From Eledone cirrhosa (taxonomy: Eukaryota): DNA of 64,000 bases. Of this stretch, positions 25,601-39,009 are shown one piece after another. A program made the translations under genes and the position numbers. The notes under the pieces are model-generated. The model was not told the origin of the DNA. It made no database searches and saw only the letters and a list, made by a program, of their open reading frames with translations. Location of the stretch: assembly GCA_964016885.1 (NCBI GenBank), contig OZ024740.1:420174001-420238000 (forward strand), in the 5' to 3' direction. Every line of letters begins with the position of its first letter. The stretch's first letter is position 1.

Positions 25601-28600
25601 TATGTGGTGGGAATGATGTAGAGTTGGAGGTGACAGTCTACATATGTGGTGGGTATGATGTAGAGTTGGAGGTGATAGTCTACATATGTAGGTGGGAAAG
25701 AGGTAGAGTTGGAGGTGACAGTCTACAAATGTGGTGGGAATGATGTAGAGTTGGAGGTGACAGTCTACATATGTGGTGGGAAAGAAGTAGAGTTGGAGAT
25801 GACAGTCTAAATATGTGGTGGGAAAGAGGTAGAGTTGGAGGTGACAGTCTACATATGTGGTGGGAAAGAGGTAGAGTTGGATGTGACAGTCTAAATATGT
25901 GTTGGGAAAGAGGTAGAGTTGGAGGTGACAGTCTACAAGTGTGGTGGGAAAGATGTAGAGTTGGAGGTGACAGTCTACATATGTGGTGGGAAAGAGGTAG
26001 AGTTGGAGGTGACAGTCTACATATGTGGTGGGAATGATGTAGAGTTGGAGGTGACATTCTAAATATGTGGTGGGAATGATGTAGAGTTGGTGGTGACAGT
26101 CTAAATATGTGGTGGGAATGATGTAGAGTTGGTGGTGACAGTCTACATATGTGGTGGGAAAGAGGTAGAGTTGGAGGTGACAATCTACATATGTGGTGGG
26201 AATGATGTAGAGTTGGTGGTGACAGTCTACATATGTGGTGGGAAAGAGGTAGAGTTGGTGGTGACAGTTTACATATGTGGTGGGAATGATGTAGAGTTGG
26301 AGGTAACAGTCTACATATGTGGTGGGAATGATGTACAGTTGGAGGTGACAATCTACATATGTGGTGGGTCTGACGTAGTGTTGGAGGTGACAGTCTTCAT
26401 ATGTGGCAGGAATGATGTAGAGTTGAGGTGACAGTCTACATATGTGGTGGGAATGATGTAGAGTTGGAGGTGACAGTCTACATATGTCTTGGGAATGATG
26501 CAGAGTTGCAGGTAACAGTCAACATATGTGGTGGGAATGATGTACAGTTGGAGGTGACAGTCTATATATGTGGTGGGAATGATGTAGAGTTGGAGGTGAC
26601 AGTCTACATATGTGGTGGGAATGATGTAGATTTGGAGATGACAGTCTACATATGTGGTGGGAATGATGTAGAGTTGGATGTGACAGTCTACATATGTGGT
26701 GGGAATGATGTAGAGTTGGAGGTGACAGTCTACATATGTGGTGGGAATGATATAGAGTTGGAGGTGAGTCTACATATGTGGTGGGAATGATGTAGAGTTG
26801 GAGGTAACAGTCTACATATGTGGTGGGAATGATGTAGAGTTGGAGGTGACAGTCTACATATGTGGTGGGAATGATGTACAGTTGGAAGTGACAGTCTACA
26901 TATATGGTGGGAATGATGTACAGTTGGAGGTGACAATCTACATATGTGGTGGGTCTGATGTACAGTTGGAGGTGACAGTCTACATATGTGGTGGGAATGG
27001 TGTAGAGTTGGAGGTGACAGTCTACATATGTGGCAGGAATGATGTAGAGTTGAGGTGACGGTCTACATATGTGGTGGGAATGATGTAGAATTGAAGGGGA
27101 CAGTCTGCATATGTGTTGGGAAAGATGTAGAGTTGGAGGTGACAGTCTACATATGTCTTGGGAATGATGCAGAGTTGCAGGTAACAGTCTACATATGTGG
27201 TGGGAATGATGTACAGTTGGAGGTGACAGTCTATATATATGGTGGAAAAATGTAGAGTTGGAGGTGACAGTCTACATATGTGGTGGGTATGATGTAGATT
27301 TGGAGATGACAGTCTACATATGTGGTGGGAATGATGTAGAGTTGGATGTGACAGTCTATATATGTTGTGGGAATGATGTAGAGTTGGAGGTGACAGTCTA
27401 CATATGTGGTGGGAATGATGTAGAGTTGGAGGTGAGTCTACATATGTGGTGGGAATGATGTAGAGTTGGAGGTGACAGTCTACATATGTGGTGGGTATGA
27501 TGTAGAGTTGGAGGTGATAGTCTACATATGTAGGTGGGAAAGAGGTAGAGTTGGAGGTGACAGTCTACAAATGTGGTGGGAATGATGTAGAGTTGGAGGT
27601 GACAGTCTACATATGTGGTGGGAAAGAGGTAGAGTTGGAGATGACAGTCTCAATATGTGGTGGGAAAGAGGTAGAGTTGGAGGTGACAGTCTACATATGT
27701 GGTGGGAAAGAGGTAGAGTTGGAGGTGACAGTCTACATATGTGGTGGGAAAGAGGTAGAGTTGGAGGTGACATTCTAAATATGTGGTGGGAATGATGTAG
27801 AGTTGGTGGTGACAGTCTAAATATGTGGTGGGAATGATGTAGAGTTGGTGGTGACAGTTTACATATGTGGTGGGAAAGAGGTAGAGTTGGAGGTGACAAT
27901 CTACATATGTGGTGGGAATGATGTAGAGTTGGTGGTGACAGTCTACATATGTGGTGGGAAAGAGGTAGAGTTGGTGGTGACAGTTTACATATGTGGTGGG
28001 AATGATGTAGAGTTGGAGGTGACAGTCTACATATGTGATGGGAATGATGTAGAGTTGGAGGTGACAGTCTAGATATGTCTTGGGAATGATGCAGAGTTGC
28101 AGGTAACAGTCAACATATGTGGTGGGAATGATGTAGAGTTGGAGGTGATAGTCTACATATGTAGGTGAGAAAGAGGTAGAGTTGGAGGTGACAGTCTACA
28201 TATGTGGTGGGAATGCTGTAGAGTTGGTGGTGACATTCTACATATGTGGTGGGAACGATGTAGAGTTGGAGGTGACAGTCTACATATGTGGTGGGAATGA
28301 TGTAGAGTTGGAGGTGACAGTCTACATATGTGGTGGGAATTATGTAGAGTTGGAGGTGACAGTCTACATATGTGGTGGGAATGATGTATAGTTGGAGGTG
28401 ACATTCTACATATGTGGTGGGAATGATGTAGTGTTGGAGGTGACAATCTACATATGTGGTGGGAAGGATGTAGAGTTGGAGGTGACAGTCTACATATGTG
28501 GTGGGAAAGAGGTAGAGTTGGAGGTAACAGTCTACATATGTGGTGGGAATTATGTAGAGTTGGAGGTGACAGTCTACATATGTGGTGGGAATGATGTACA

Positions 28601-31600
28601 GTTGGAAGTGACAGTCTACATATATGGTGGGAATGATGTACAGTTGGAGGTGACAATCTACATATGTGGTGGGTCTGATGTACAGTTGGAGGTGACAGTC
28701 TACATATGTGGTGGGAATGGTGTAGAGTTGGAGGTGACAGTCTACATATGTGGCAGGAATGATGTAGAGTTGAGGTGACGGTCTACATATGTGGTGGGAA
28801 TGATGTAGAATTGAAGGGGACAGTCTGCATATGTGTTGGGAAAGATGTAAAGTTGGAGGTGACAGTCTACATATGTCTTGGGAATGATGCAGAGTTGCAG
28901 GTAACAGTCTACATATGTGGTGGGAATGATGTACAGTTGGAGGTGACAGTCTATATATGTGGTGGGAAAAATGTAGAGTTGGAGGTGACAGTCTACATAT
29001 GTGGTGGGTATGATGTAGATTTGGAGATGACAGTCTACATATGTGGTGGGAATGATGTAGAGTTGGATGTGACAGTCTACATATGTTGTGGGAATGATGT
29101 AGAGTTGGAGGTGACAGTCTACATATGTGGTGGGAATGATGTAGAGTTGGAGGTGAGTCTACATATGTGGTGGGAATGATGTAGAGTTGGAGGTGACAGT
29201 CTACATATGTGGTGGGTATGATGTAGAGTTGGAGGTGATAGTCTACATATGTAGGTGGGAAAGAGGTAGAGTTGGAGGTGACAGTCTACAAACGTGGTGG
29301 GAATGATGTAGAGTTGGATGTGACAGTCTACATATGTTGTGGGAATGATGTAGAGTTGGAGGTGACAGTCTACATATGTGGTGGGAATGATGTAGAGTTG
29401 GAGGTGAGTCTACATATGTGGTGGGAATGATGTATAGTTGGAGGTGACAGTCTACATATGTGGTGGGAATGATGTAGAGTTGGTGGTGACAATCTACATA
29501 TGTGGTGGGAAGGATGTAGAGTTGGAGGTGACAGTCTACATATGTGGTGGGAAAGAGGTAGAGTTGGAGGTAACAGTCTACATATGTGGTGGAAATGATG
29601 TAGAGTTGGAGGTGACAGTCTACATATGTGGTGGGAATGATGTACAGTTGGAAATGACAGTCTACATATATGGTGGGAATGATGTACAGTTGGAGGTGAC
29701 AATCTACATATGTGGTGGGTCTGATGTACAGTTGGAGGTGACAGTCTACATATGTGGTGGGAATGGTGTAGAGTTGGAGGTGACAGTCTACATATGTGGC
29801 AGGAATGATGTAGAGTTGAGGTGACGGTCTACATATGTGGTGGGAATGATGTAGAGTTGAAGGGGACAGTCTGCATATGTGTTGGGAAAGATGTAGAGTT
29901 GGAGGTGACAGTCTACATATGTCTTGGGAATGATGCAGAGTTGCAGGTAACAGTCTACATATGTGGTGGGAATGATGTACAGTTGGAGGTGACAGTCTAT
30001 ATATGTGGTGGGAAAAATGTAGAGTTGGAGGTGACAGTCTACATATGTGGTGGGTATGATGTAGATTTGGAGATGACAGTCTACATATGTGGTGGGAATG
30101 ATGTAGAGTTGGATGTGACAGTCTACATATGTTGTGGGAATGATGTAGAGTTGGAGGTGACAGTCTACATATGTGGTGGGAATGATGTAGAGTTGGAGGT
30201 GAGTCTACATATGTGGTGGGAATGATGTAGAGTTGGAGGTGACAGTCTACATATGTGGTGGGTATGATGTAGAGTTGGAGGTGATAGTCTACATATGTAG
30301 GTGGGAAAGAGGTAGAGTTGGAGGTGACAGACTACAAATGTGGTGGGAATGATGTAGAGTTGGAGGTGACAGTCTACATATGTGGTGGGAAAGAGGTAGA
30401 GTTGGAGATGACAGTCTAAATATGTGGTGGGAAAGAGGTAGAGTTGGAGGTGACAGTCTACATATGTGGTGGGAAAGAGGTAGAGTTGGAGGTGACAGTC
30501 TACATATGTGGTGGGAAAGAGGTAGAGTTGGAGGTGACATTCTAAATATGTGGTGGGAATGATGTAAAGTTGGTGGTGACAGTCTAAATATGTGGTGGGA
30601 ATGATGTAGAGTTGGTGGTGACAGTCTACATATGTGGTGGGAAAGAGGTAGAGTTGGAGGTGACAATCTACATATGTGGTGGGAATGATGTAGAGTTGGT
30701 GGTGACAGTCTACATATGTGGTGGGAAAGAGGTAGAGTTGGTGGTGATAGTTTACATATGTGGTGGGAATGATGTAGAGTTGGAGGTGACAGTCTACATA
30801 TGTGGTGGGAATGATGTAGAGTTGGAGGTGACAGTCTACATATGTCTTGGGTATGATGCAGAGTTGCAGGTAACAGTCAACATATGTGGTGGGAATGATG
30901 TACAGTTGGAGGTGACAGTCTATATATGTGGTGGGAATGATGTAGAGTTGGAGGTGACAGTCTACATATGTGGTGGGAATGATGTAGATTTGGAGATGAC
31001 AGTCTACATATGTGGTGGGAATGATGTAGAGTTGGAGGTGACAGTCTACATATGTGGTGGGAATGATATAGAGTTGGAGGTGAGTCTACATATGTGGTGG
31101 GAATGATGTAGAATTGGAGGTGGTAGTCTACATATGTAGGTGGGAAAGAGGTAGAGTTGGAGGTGACAGTCTACATATGTGGTGGGAATGCTGTAGAGTT
31201 GGTGGTGACATTCTACATATGTGGTGGGAACGATGTAGAGTTGGAGGTGACAGTCTATATATGTGGTGGGAATGATGTAGAGTTGGAGGTGACAGTCTAC
31301 ATATGTAGTGGGAATGATGTACAGTTGGAGGTGACAGTCTACATATGTGGTGGGAATGATGTAGAGTTGGAGGTGACAATCTACATATGTGGTGGGAATT
31401 ATGTAGAGTTGGAGGTGACAATCTTCATATGTGGTGGGAATTATGTAGAGTTGGAGGTGACAATCTACATATGTGGTGGGAATGATGTAGAGTTGGAGGT
31501 GGCAATCTACATATGTGGTGGGAAGGATGTAGAGTTGGAGGTGACAGTCTACATATGTGGTGGGAAAGAGGTACAGTTGGAGGTGACAGTCTACATATGT

Positions 31601-34600
31601 GGTGGGAATGATGTAGAGTTGGAGGTGACAGTCTACATATGTGGTGGGAATGATGTACAGTTGGAGGTGACAGTCTATATATGTGGTGGGAATGATGTAC
31701 AGTTGGAAGTGACAGTTTACATATGTGGTGGGAATGATGTAGAGTTGGAGGTGACAGTCTACATATGTGGTGGGAATGATGTAGAGTTGGTGGTGACAGT
31801 CTACATATGTGGTGGGAAAGAGGTAGAGTTGGTGGTGACAGTCTACATATGTGGTGGGAATGATGTAGAGTTGGAGGTAACAGTCTACATATGTGGTGGG
31901 AAAGAGGTAGTGTTGGAGGTGACAGTCTACATATGTGGTGGGAATGATGTAGAGTTGGGTGTGACAATCTACATGTGTGGTGGGAAAGAGCTAGAGTCGG
32001 AGGTGACAGTCTACATATGTGGTGAGAAAGAGGTAGAGTTGGAGGTGACACTCTACATATGTGGTGGGAATGATGTAGAGTTGGAGGTGACAGTCTACAT
32101 ATGTGGTGGGAATTATGTAGAGTTGGAGGTGACAGTCTACATATGTGGTGGGAATGATGTATAGTTGGAGGTGACAGTCTACATATGTGGTGGGAATGAT
32201 GTAGAGTTGGAGGTGACAATCTACATATGTGGTGGGAAGGATGTAGAGTTGGAGGTGACAGTCTACATATGTGGTGGGAAAGAGGTAGAGTTGGAGGTAA
32301 CAGTCTACATATGTGGTGGGAATGATGTAGAGTTGGAGGTGACAGTCTACATATGTGGTGGGAATGATGTACAGTTGGAGGTGACAGTCTACATATATGG
32401 TGGGAATGATGTACAGTTGGAGGTGACAGTCTACATACATAGGTGGTGGGAATGATGTACAGTTGGAGGTGACAATCTACATATGTGGTGGGTCTGATGT
32501 ACAGTTGGAGGTGACAGTCTACATATGTGGTGGGAATGGTGTAGAGTTGGAGGTGACAGTCTACATATGTGGCAGGAATGATGTAGAGTTGAGGTGACGG
32601 TCTACATATGTGGTGGGAATGATGTAGAATTGAAGGGGACAGTCTGCATATGTGTTGGGAAAGATGTAGAGTTGGAGGTGACAGTCTACATATGTCTTGG
32701 GAATGATGCAGAGTTGCAGGTAACAGTCTACATATGTGGTGGGAATGATGTACAGTTGGAGGTGACAGTCTATATATGTGGTGGGAAAAATGTAGAGTTG
32801 GAGGTGACAGTCTACATATGTGGTGGGTATGATGTAGATTTGGAGATGACAGTCTACATATGTGGTGGGAATGATGTAGAGTTGGATGTGACAGTCTACA
32901 TATGTTGTGGGAATGATGTAGAGTTGGAGGTGACAGTCTACATATGTGGTGGGAATGATGTAGAGTTGGAGGTGAGTCTACATATGTGGTGGGAATGATG
33001 TAGAGTTGGAGGTGACAGTCTACATATGTGGTGGGTATGATGTAGAGTTGGAGGTGATAGTCTACATATGTAGGTGGGAAAGAGGTAGAGTTGGAGGTGA
33101 CAGTCTACAAATGTGGTGGGAATGATGTAGAGTTGGAGGTGACAGTCTACATATGTGGTGGGAAAGAAGTAGAGTTGGAGATGACAGTCTAAATATGTGG
33201 TGGGAAAGAGGTAGAGTTGGAGGTGACAGTCTACATATGTGGTGGGAAAGAGGTAGAGTTGGATGTGACAGTCTAAATATGTGTTGGGAAAGAGGTAGAG
33301 TTGGAGGTGACAGTCTACAAGTGTGGTGGGAAAGATGTAGAGTTGGAGGTGACAGTCTACATATGTGGTGGGAAAGAGGTAGAGTTGGAGGTGACAGTCT
33401 ACATATGTGGTGGGAATGATGTAGAGTTGGAGGTGACATTCTAAATATGTGGTGGGAATGATGTAGAGTTGGTGGTGACAGTCTAAATATGTGGTGGGAA
33501 TGATGTAGAGTTGGTGGTGACAGTCTACATATGTGGTGGGAAAGAGGTAGAGTTGGAGGTGACAATCTACATATGTGGTGGGAATGATGTAGAGTTGGTG
33601 GTGACAGTCTACATATGTGGTGGGAAAGAGGTAGAGTTGGTGGTGACAGTTTACATATGTGGTGGGAATGATGTAGAGTTGGAGGTAACAGTCTACATAT
33701 GTGGTGGGAATGATGTACAGTTGGAGGTGACAATCTACATATGTGGTGGGTCTGACGTAGTGTTGGAGGTGACAGTCTTCATATGTGGCAGGAATGATGT
33801 AGAGTTGAGGTGACAGTCTACATATGTGGTGGGAATGATGTAGAGTTGGAGGTGACAGTCTACATATGTCTTGGGAATGATGCAGAGTTGCAGGTAACAG
33901 TCAACATATGTGGTGGGAATGATGTACAGTTGGAGGTGACAGTCTATATATGTGGTGGGAATGATGTAGATTTGGAGATGACAGTCTACATATGTGGTGG
34001 GAATGATGTAGAGTTGGATGTGACAGTCTACATATGTGGTGGGAATGATGTAGAGTTGGAGGTGACAGTCTACATATGTGGTGGGAATGATATAGAGTTG
34101 GAGGTGAGTCTACATATGTGGTGGGAATGATGTAGAGTTGGAGGTAACAGTCTACATATGTGGTGGGAATGATGTAGAGTTGGAGGTGACAGTCTACATA
34201 TGTGGTGGGAATGATGTACAGTTGGAAGTGACAGTCTACATATATGGTGGGAATGATGTACAGTTGGAGGTGACAATCTACATATGTGGTGGGTCTGATG
34301 TACAGTTGGAGGTGACAGTCTACATATGTGGTGGGAATGGTGTAGAGTTGGAGGTGACAGTCTACATATGTGGCAGGAATGATGTAGAGTTGAGGTGACG
34401 GTCTACATATGTGGTGGGAATGATGTAGAATTGAAGGGGACAGTCTGCATATGTGTTGGGAAAGATGTAGAGTTGGAGGTGACAGTCTACATATGTCTTG
34501 GGAATGATGCAGAGTTGCAGGTAACAGTCTACATATGTGGTGGGAATGATGTACAGTTGGAGGTGACAGTCTATATATATGGTGGAAAAATGTAGAGTTG

Positions 34601-36293
34601 GAGGTGACAGTCTACATATGTGGTGGGTATGATGTAGATTTGGAGATGACAGTCTACATATGTGGTGGGAATGATGTAGAGTTGGATGTGACAGTCTATA
34701 TATGTTGTGGGAATGATGTAGAGTTGGAGGTGACAGTCTACATATGTGGTGGGAATGATGTAGAGTTGGAGGTGAGTCTACATATGTGGTGGGAATGATG
34801 TAGAGTTGGAGGTGACAGTCTACATATGTGGTGGGTATGATGTAGAGTTGGAGGTGATAGTCTACATATGTAGGTGGGAAAGAGGTAGAGTTGGAGGTGA
34901 CAGTCTACAAATGTGGTGGGAATGATGTAGAGTTGGAGGTGACAGTCTACATATGTGGTGGGAAAGAGGTAGAGTTGGAGATGACAGTCTCAATATGTGG
35001 TGGGAAAGAGGTAGAGTTGGAGGTGACAGTCTACATATGTGGTGGGAAAGAGGTAGAGTTGGAGGTGACAGTCTACATATGTGGTGGGAAAGAGGTAGAG
35101 TTGGAGGTGACATTCTAAATATGTGGTGGGAATGATGTAGAGTTGGTGGTGACAGTCTAAATATGTGGTGGGAATGATGTAGAGTTGGTGGTGACAGTTT
35201 ACATATGTGGTGGGAAAGAGGTAGAGTTGGAGGTGACAATCTACATATGTGGTGGGAATGATGTAGAGTTGGTGGTGACAGTCTACATATGTGGTGGGAA
35301 AGAGGTAGAGTTGGTGGTGACAGTTTACATATGTGGTGGGAATGATGTAGAGTTGGAGGTGACAGTCTACATATGTGATGGGAATGATGTAGAGTTGGAG
35401 GTGACAGTCTAGATATGTCTTGGGAATGATGCAGAGTTGCAGGTAACAGTCAACATATGTGGTGGGAATGATGTAGAGTTGGAGGTGATAGTCTACATAT
35501 GTAGGTGAGAAAGAGGTAGAGTTGGAGGTGACAGTCTACATATGTGGTGGGAATGCTGTAGAGTTGGTGGTGACATTCTACATATGTGGTGGGAACGATG
35601 TAGAGTTGGAGGTGACAGTCTACATATGTGGTGGGAATGATGTAGAGTTGGAGGTGACAGTCTACATATGTGGTGGGAATTATGTAGAGTTGGAGGTGAC
35701 AGTCTACATATGTGGTGGGAATGATGTATAGTTGGAGGTGACATTCTACATATGTGGTGGGAATGATGTAGTGTTGGAGGTGACAATCTACATATGTGGT
35801 GGGAAGGATGTAGAGTTGGAGGTGACAGTCTACATATGTGGTGGGAAAGAGGTAGAGTTGGAGGTAACAGTCTACATATGTGGTGGGAATGATGTAGAGT
35901 TGGAGGTGACAGTCTACATATGTGGTGGGAATGATGTACAGTTGGAAGTGACAGTCTACATATATGGTGGGAATGATGTACAGTTGGAGGTGACAATCTA
36001 CATATGTGGTGGGTCTGATGTACAGTTGGAGGTGACAGTCTACATATGTGGTGGGAATGGTGTAGAGTTGGAGGTGACAGTCTACATATGTGGCAGGAAT
36101 GATGTAGAGTTGAGGTGACGGTCTACATATGTGGTGGGAATGATGTAGAATTGAAGGGGACAGTCTGCATATGTGTTGGGAAAGATGTAAAGTTGGAGGT
36201 GACAGTCTACATATGTCTTGGGAATGATGCAGAGTTGCAGGTAACAGTCTACATATGTGGTGGGAATGATGTACAGTTGGAGGTGACAGTCTA
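21912..36293 (+). repeat. Tandem duplication of an approximately 7.38-kb block (21912-29293 and 29294-36293, second copy slightly incomplete)
   Basis: The offset is 7382 (22056/29438, 23775/31157, 25771/33153, 26428/33810). It becomes 7340 after one monomer is lost near 33950 (26798/34138, 28775/36115). Confidence 0.92.
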
Positions 36294-39009
36294 CATATGT
36301 GGTGGGAATGCTGTAGAGTTGGTGGTGACATTCTACATATGTGGTGGGAACGATGTAGAGTTGGAGGTGACAGTCTACATATGTGGTGGGAATGATGTAG
36401 AGTTGGAGGTGACAGTCTACATATGTGGTGGGAATTATGTAGAGTTGGAGGTGACAGTCTACATATGTGGTGGGAATGATGTATAGTTGGAGGTGACATT
36501 CTACATATGTGGTGGGAATGATGTAGTGTTGGAGGTGACAGTCTACATATGTGGTGGGAATGATGTAGAGTTGGAGGTGACAGTCTACATATGTCTTGGG
36601 AATGATGCAGAGTTGCAGGTAACAGTCAACATATGTGGTGGGAATGATGTACAGTTGGAGGTGACAGTCTATATATGTGGTGGGAATGATGTAGAGTTGG
36701 AGGTGACAGTCTACATATGTGGTGGGAATGATGTAGATTTGGAGATGACAGTCTACATATGTGGTGGGAATGATGTAGAGTTGGATGTGACAGTCTACAT
36801 ATGTGGTGGGAATGATGTAGAGTTGGAGGTGACAGTCTACATATGTGGTGGGAATGATATAGAGTTGGAGGTGAGTCTACATATGTGGTGGGAATGATGT
36901 AGAGTTGGAGGTGATAGTCTACATATGTAGGTGGGAAAGAGGTAGAGTTGGAGGTGACAGTCTACATATGTGTTGGGAATGCTGTAGAGTTGGTGGTGAC
37001 ATTCTACATATGTGGTGGGAACGATGTAGAGTTGGAGGTGACAGTCTACATATGTGGTGGGAAAGAGGTAGAGTTGGAGGTGATAGTCTACATATGTGGT
37101 GCGACTGATGTACAGTTGGAGGTGACAGTCTACATATGTGGTGGGAATGATGTACAGTTGGAGGTGACAATCTACATATGTGGTGGGCATGATGTAGAGT
37201 TGGAGGTGACAAACTACATATGTGGTGGGAATGATGTAGAGTTGGAGGTGACAGTCTACATATGTGGTGGGAATGATGTAGAGTTGGAGGTGACAGTCTA
37301 CAAATTAAGTGGGAAGGATGTAGGGTTGGAAGTAACATTCTACATATGTGGTGGGAATGGTGTACAGTTGAAAGTGACAGTCTACATATGAGGTGGGAAT
37401 GATGTACAGTTGGAGGTGACAGTCTACATATGTAGTGGGAATGATGTGCATTTGGAGGTGACAGTCTACATATGTGGTGGGAATGATGTAGAGTTGGAGG
37501 TGACAATCTACATATGTGGTGGGAATTATGTAGAGTTGGAGGTGACAATCTACATATGTGGTGGGAATGATGTAGAGTTGGAGGTGACAATCTACATATG
37601 TGGTGGGAATGATGTAGAGTTGGAGGTGACAATCTACATATGTGGTGGGAAGGATGTAGAGTTGGAGGTGACAGTCTACATATGTGGTGGGAAAGAGGTA
37701 CAGTTGGAGGTGACAGTCTACATATGTGGTGGGAATGATGTAGAGTTGGAGGTGACAGTCTACATATGTGCTGGGAATGATGTACAGTTGGAGGTGACAG
37801 TCTACATATGTGGTGGGAATGATGTACAGATGGAGGTGACAGTCTACATATGTGCTGGGAATGATGTAGAGTTGGAGGTGACAGTCTACATAGGTGGTGG
37901 GAATGATGTACAGTTGGAGGTGACAATCTGCATATGTGGTGGGAATGATGTAGAGTCGGAGGTGACAATCTACATATGTGGTGGGAATGATGTAGAGTTG
38001 GAGGTAACAGTCTACATATGTGGTGGGTCTGATGTACAGTTGGAGGTGACAGTCTACATATGTGTTGGGAATGGTGTAGAGTTGGAGGTGACAGTCTACA
38101 TATGTGGCAGGAATGATGTAGAGTTGGAGATGATAGTTTACATATGTGGCAGGAATGATGTAGAGTTGGTGGTGACAGTCTACATATGTGGTGGGAATTG
38201 GTAGAGTTGGAGGTGACAGTCTACATATGTGGTGGCAATGATGTAGAGTTGGTGGTGACAGTCTACATATGTGGTGGGAAAGAGGTAGAGTTGGTGGTGA
38301 CAGTCTACATATGTGGTGGGAATGATGTAGAGTTGGAGGTAACAGTCTACATATGTGGTGGGAAAGAGGTAGTGTTGGAGGTGACAGTCTACATATGTGG
38401 TGGGAATGATGTAGAGTTGGGTGTGACAATCTACATATGTGGTGGGAAAGAGGTAGAGTTGGAGGTGACAGTCTACATATGTGGTGGGAATGATGTAGAG
38501 TTGGATGTGACAGTCTACATATGTGGTGGGAATTATGTAGAGTTGGAGGTGACAGTCTACATATGTGGTGGGAATGATGTAGAGTTGGAGGTGACAATCT
38601 ACATATGTGGTGGGAAGGATGTAGAGTTGGAGGTGACAGTTTACATATGTGGTGGGAAAGAGGTGGAGTTGGAGGTAACAGTCTACATATGTGGTGGGAA
38701 TGATGTACAGTTGGAGGTGACAGTCTACATATATGGTGGGAATGATGTACAGTTGGAGGTGACAGTCTACATACATAGGTGGTGGGAATGATGTACAGTT
38801 GGAGGTGACAATCTACATATGTGGTGGGTCTGATGTACAGTTGGAGGTGACAGTCTACATATGTGGTGGGAATGGTGTAGAGTTGGAGGTGACAGTCTAT
38901 ATATGTGGCAGGAATGATGTAGAGTTGAGGTGACGGTCTACATATGTGGTGGGAATGATGTAGAATTGAAGGGGACAGTCTACATGTGTTGGGAATGATG
39001 TAGAGTTGG

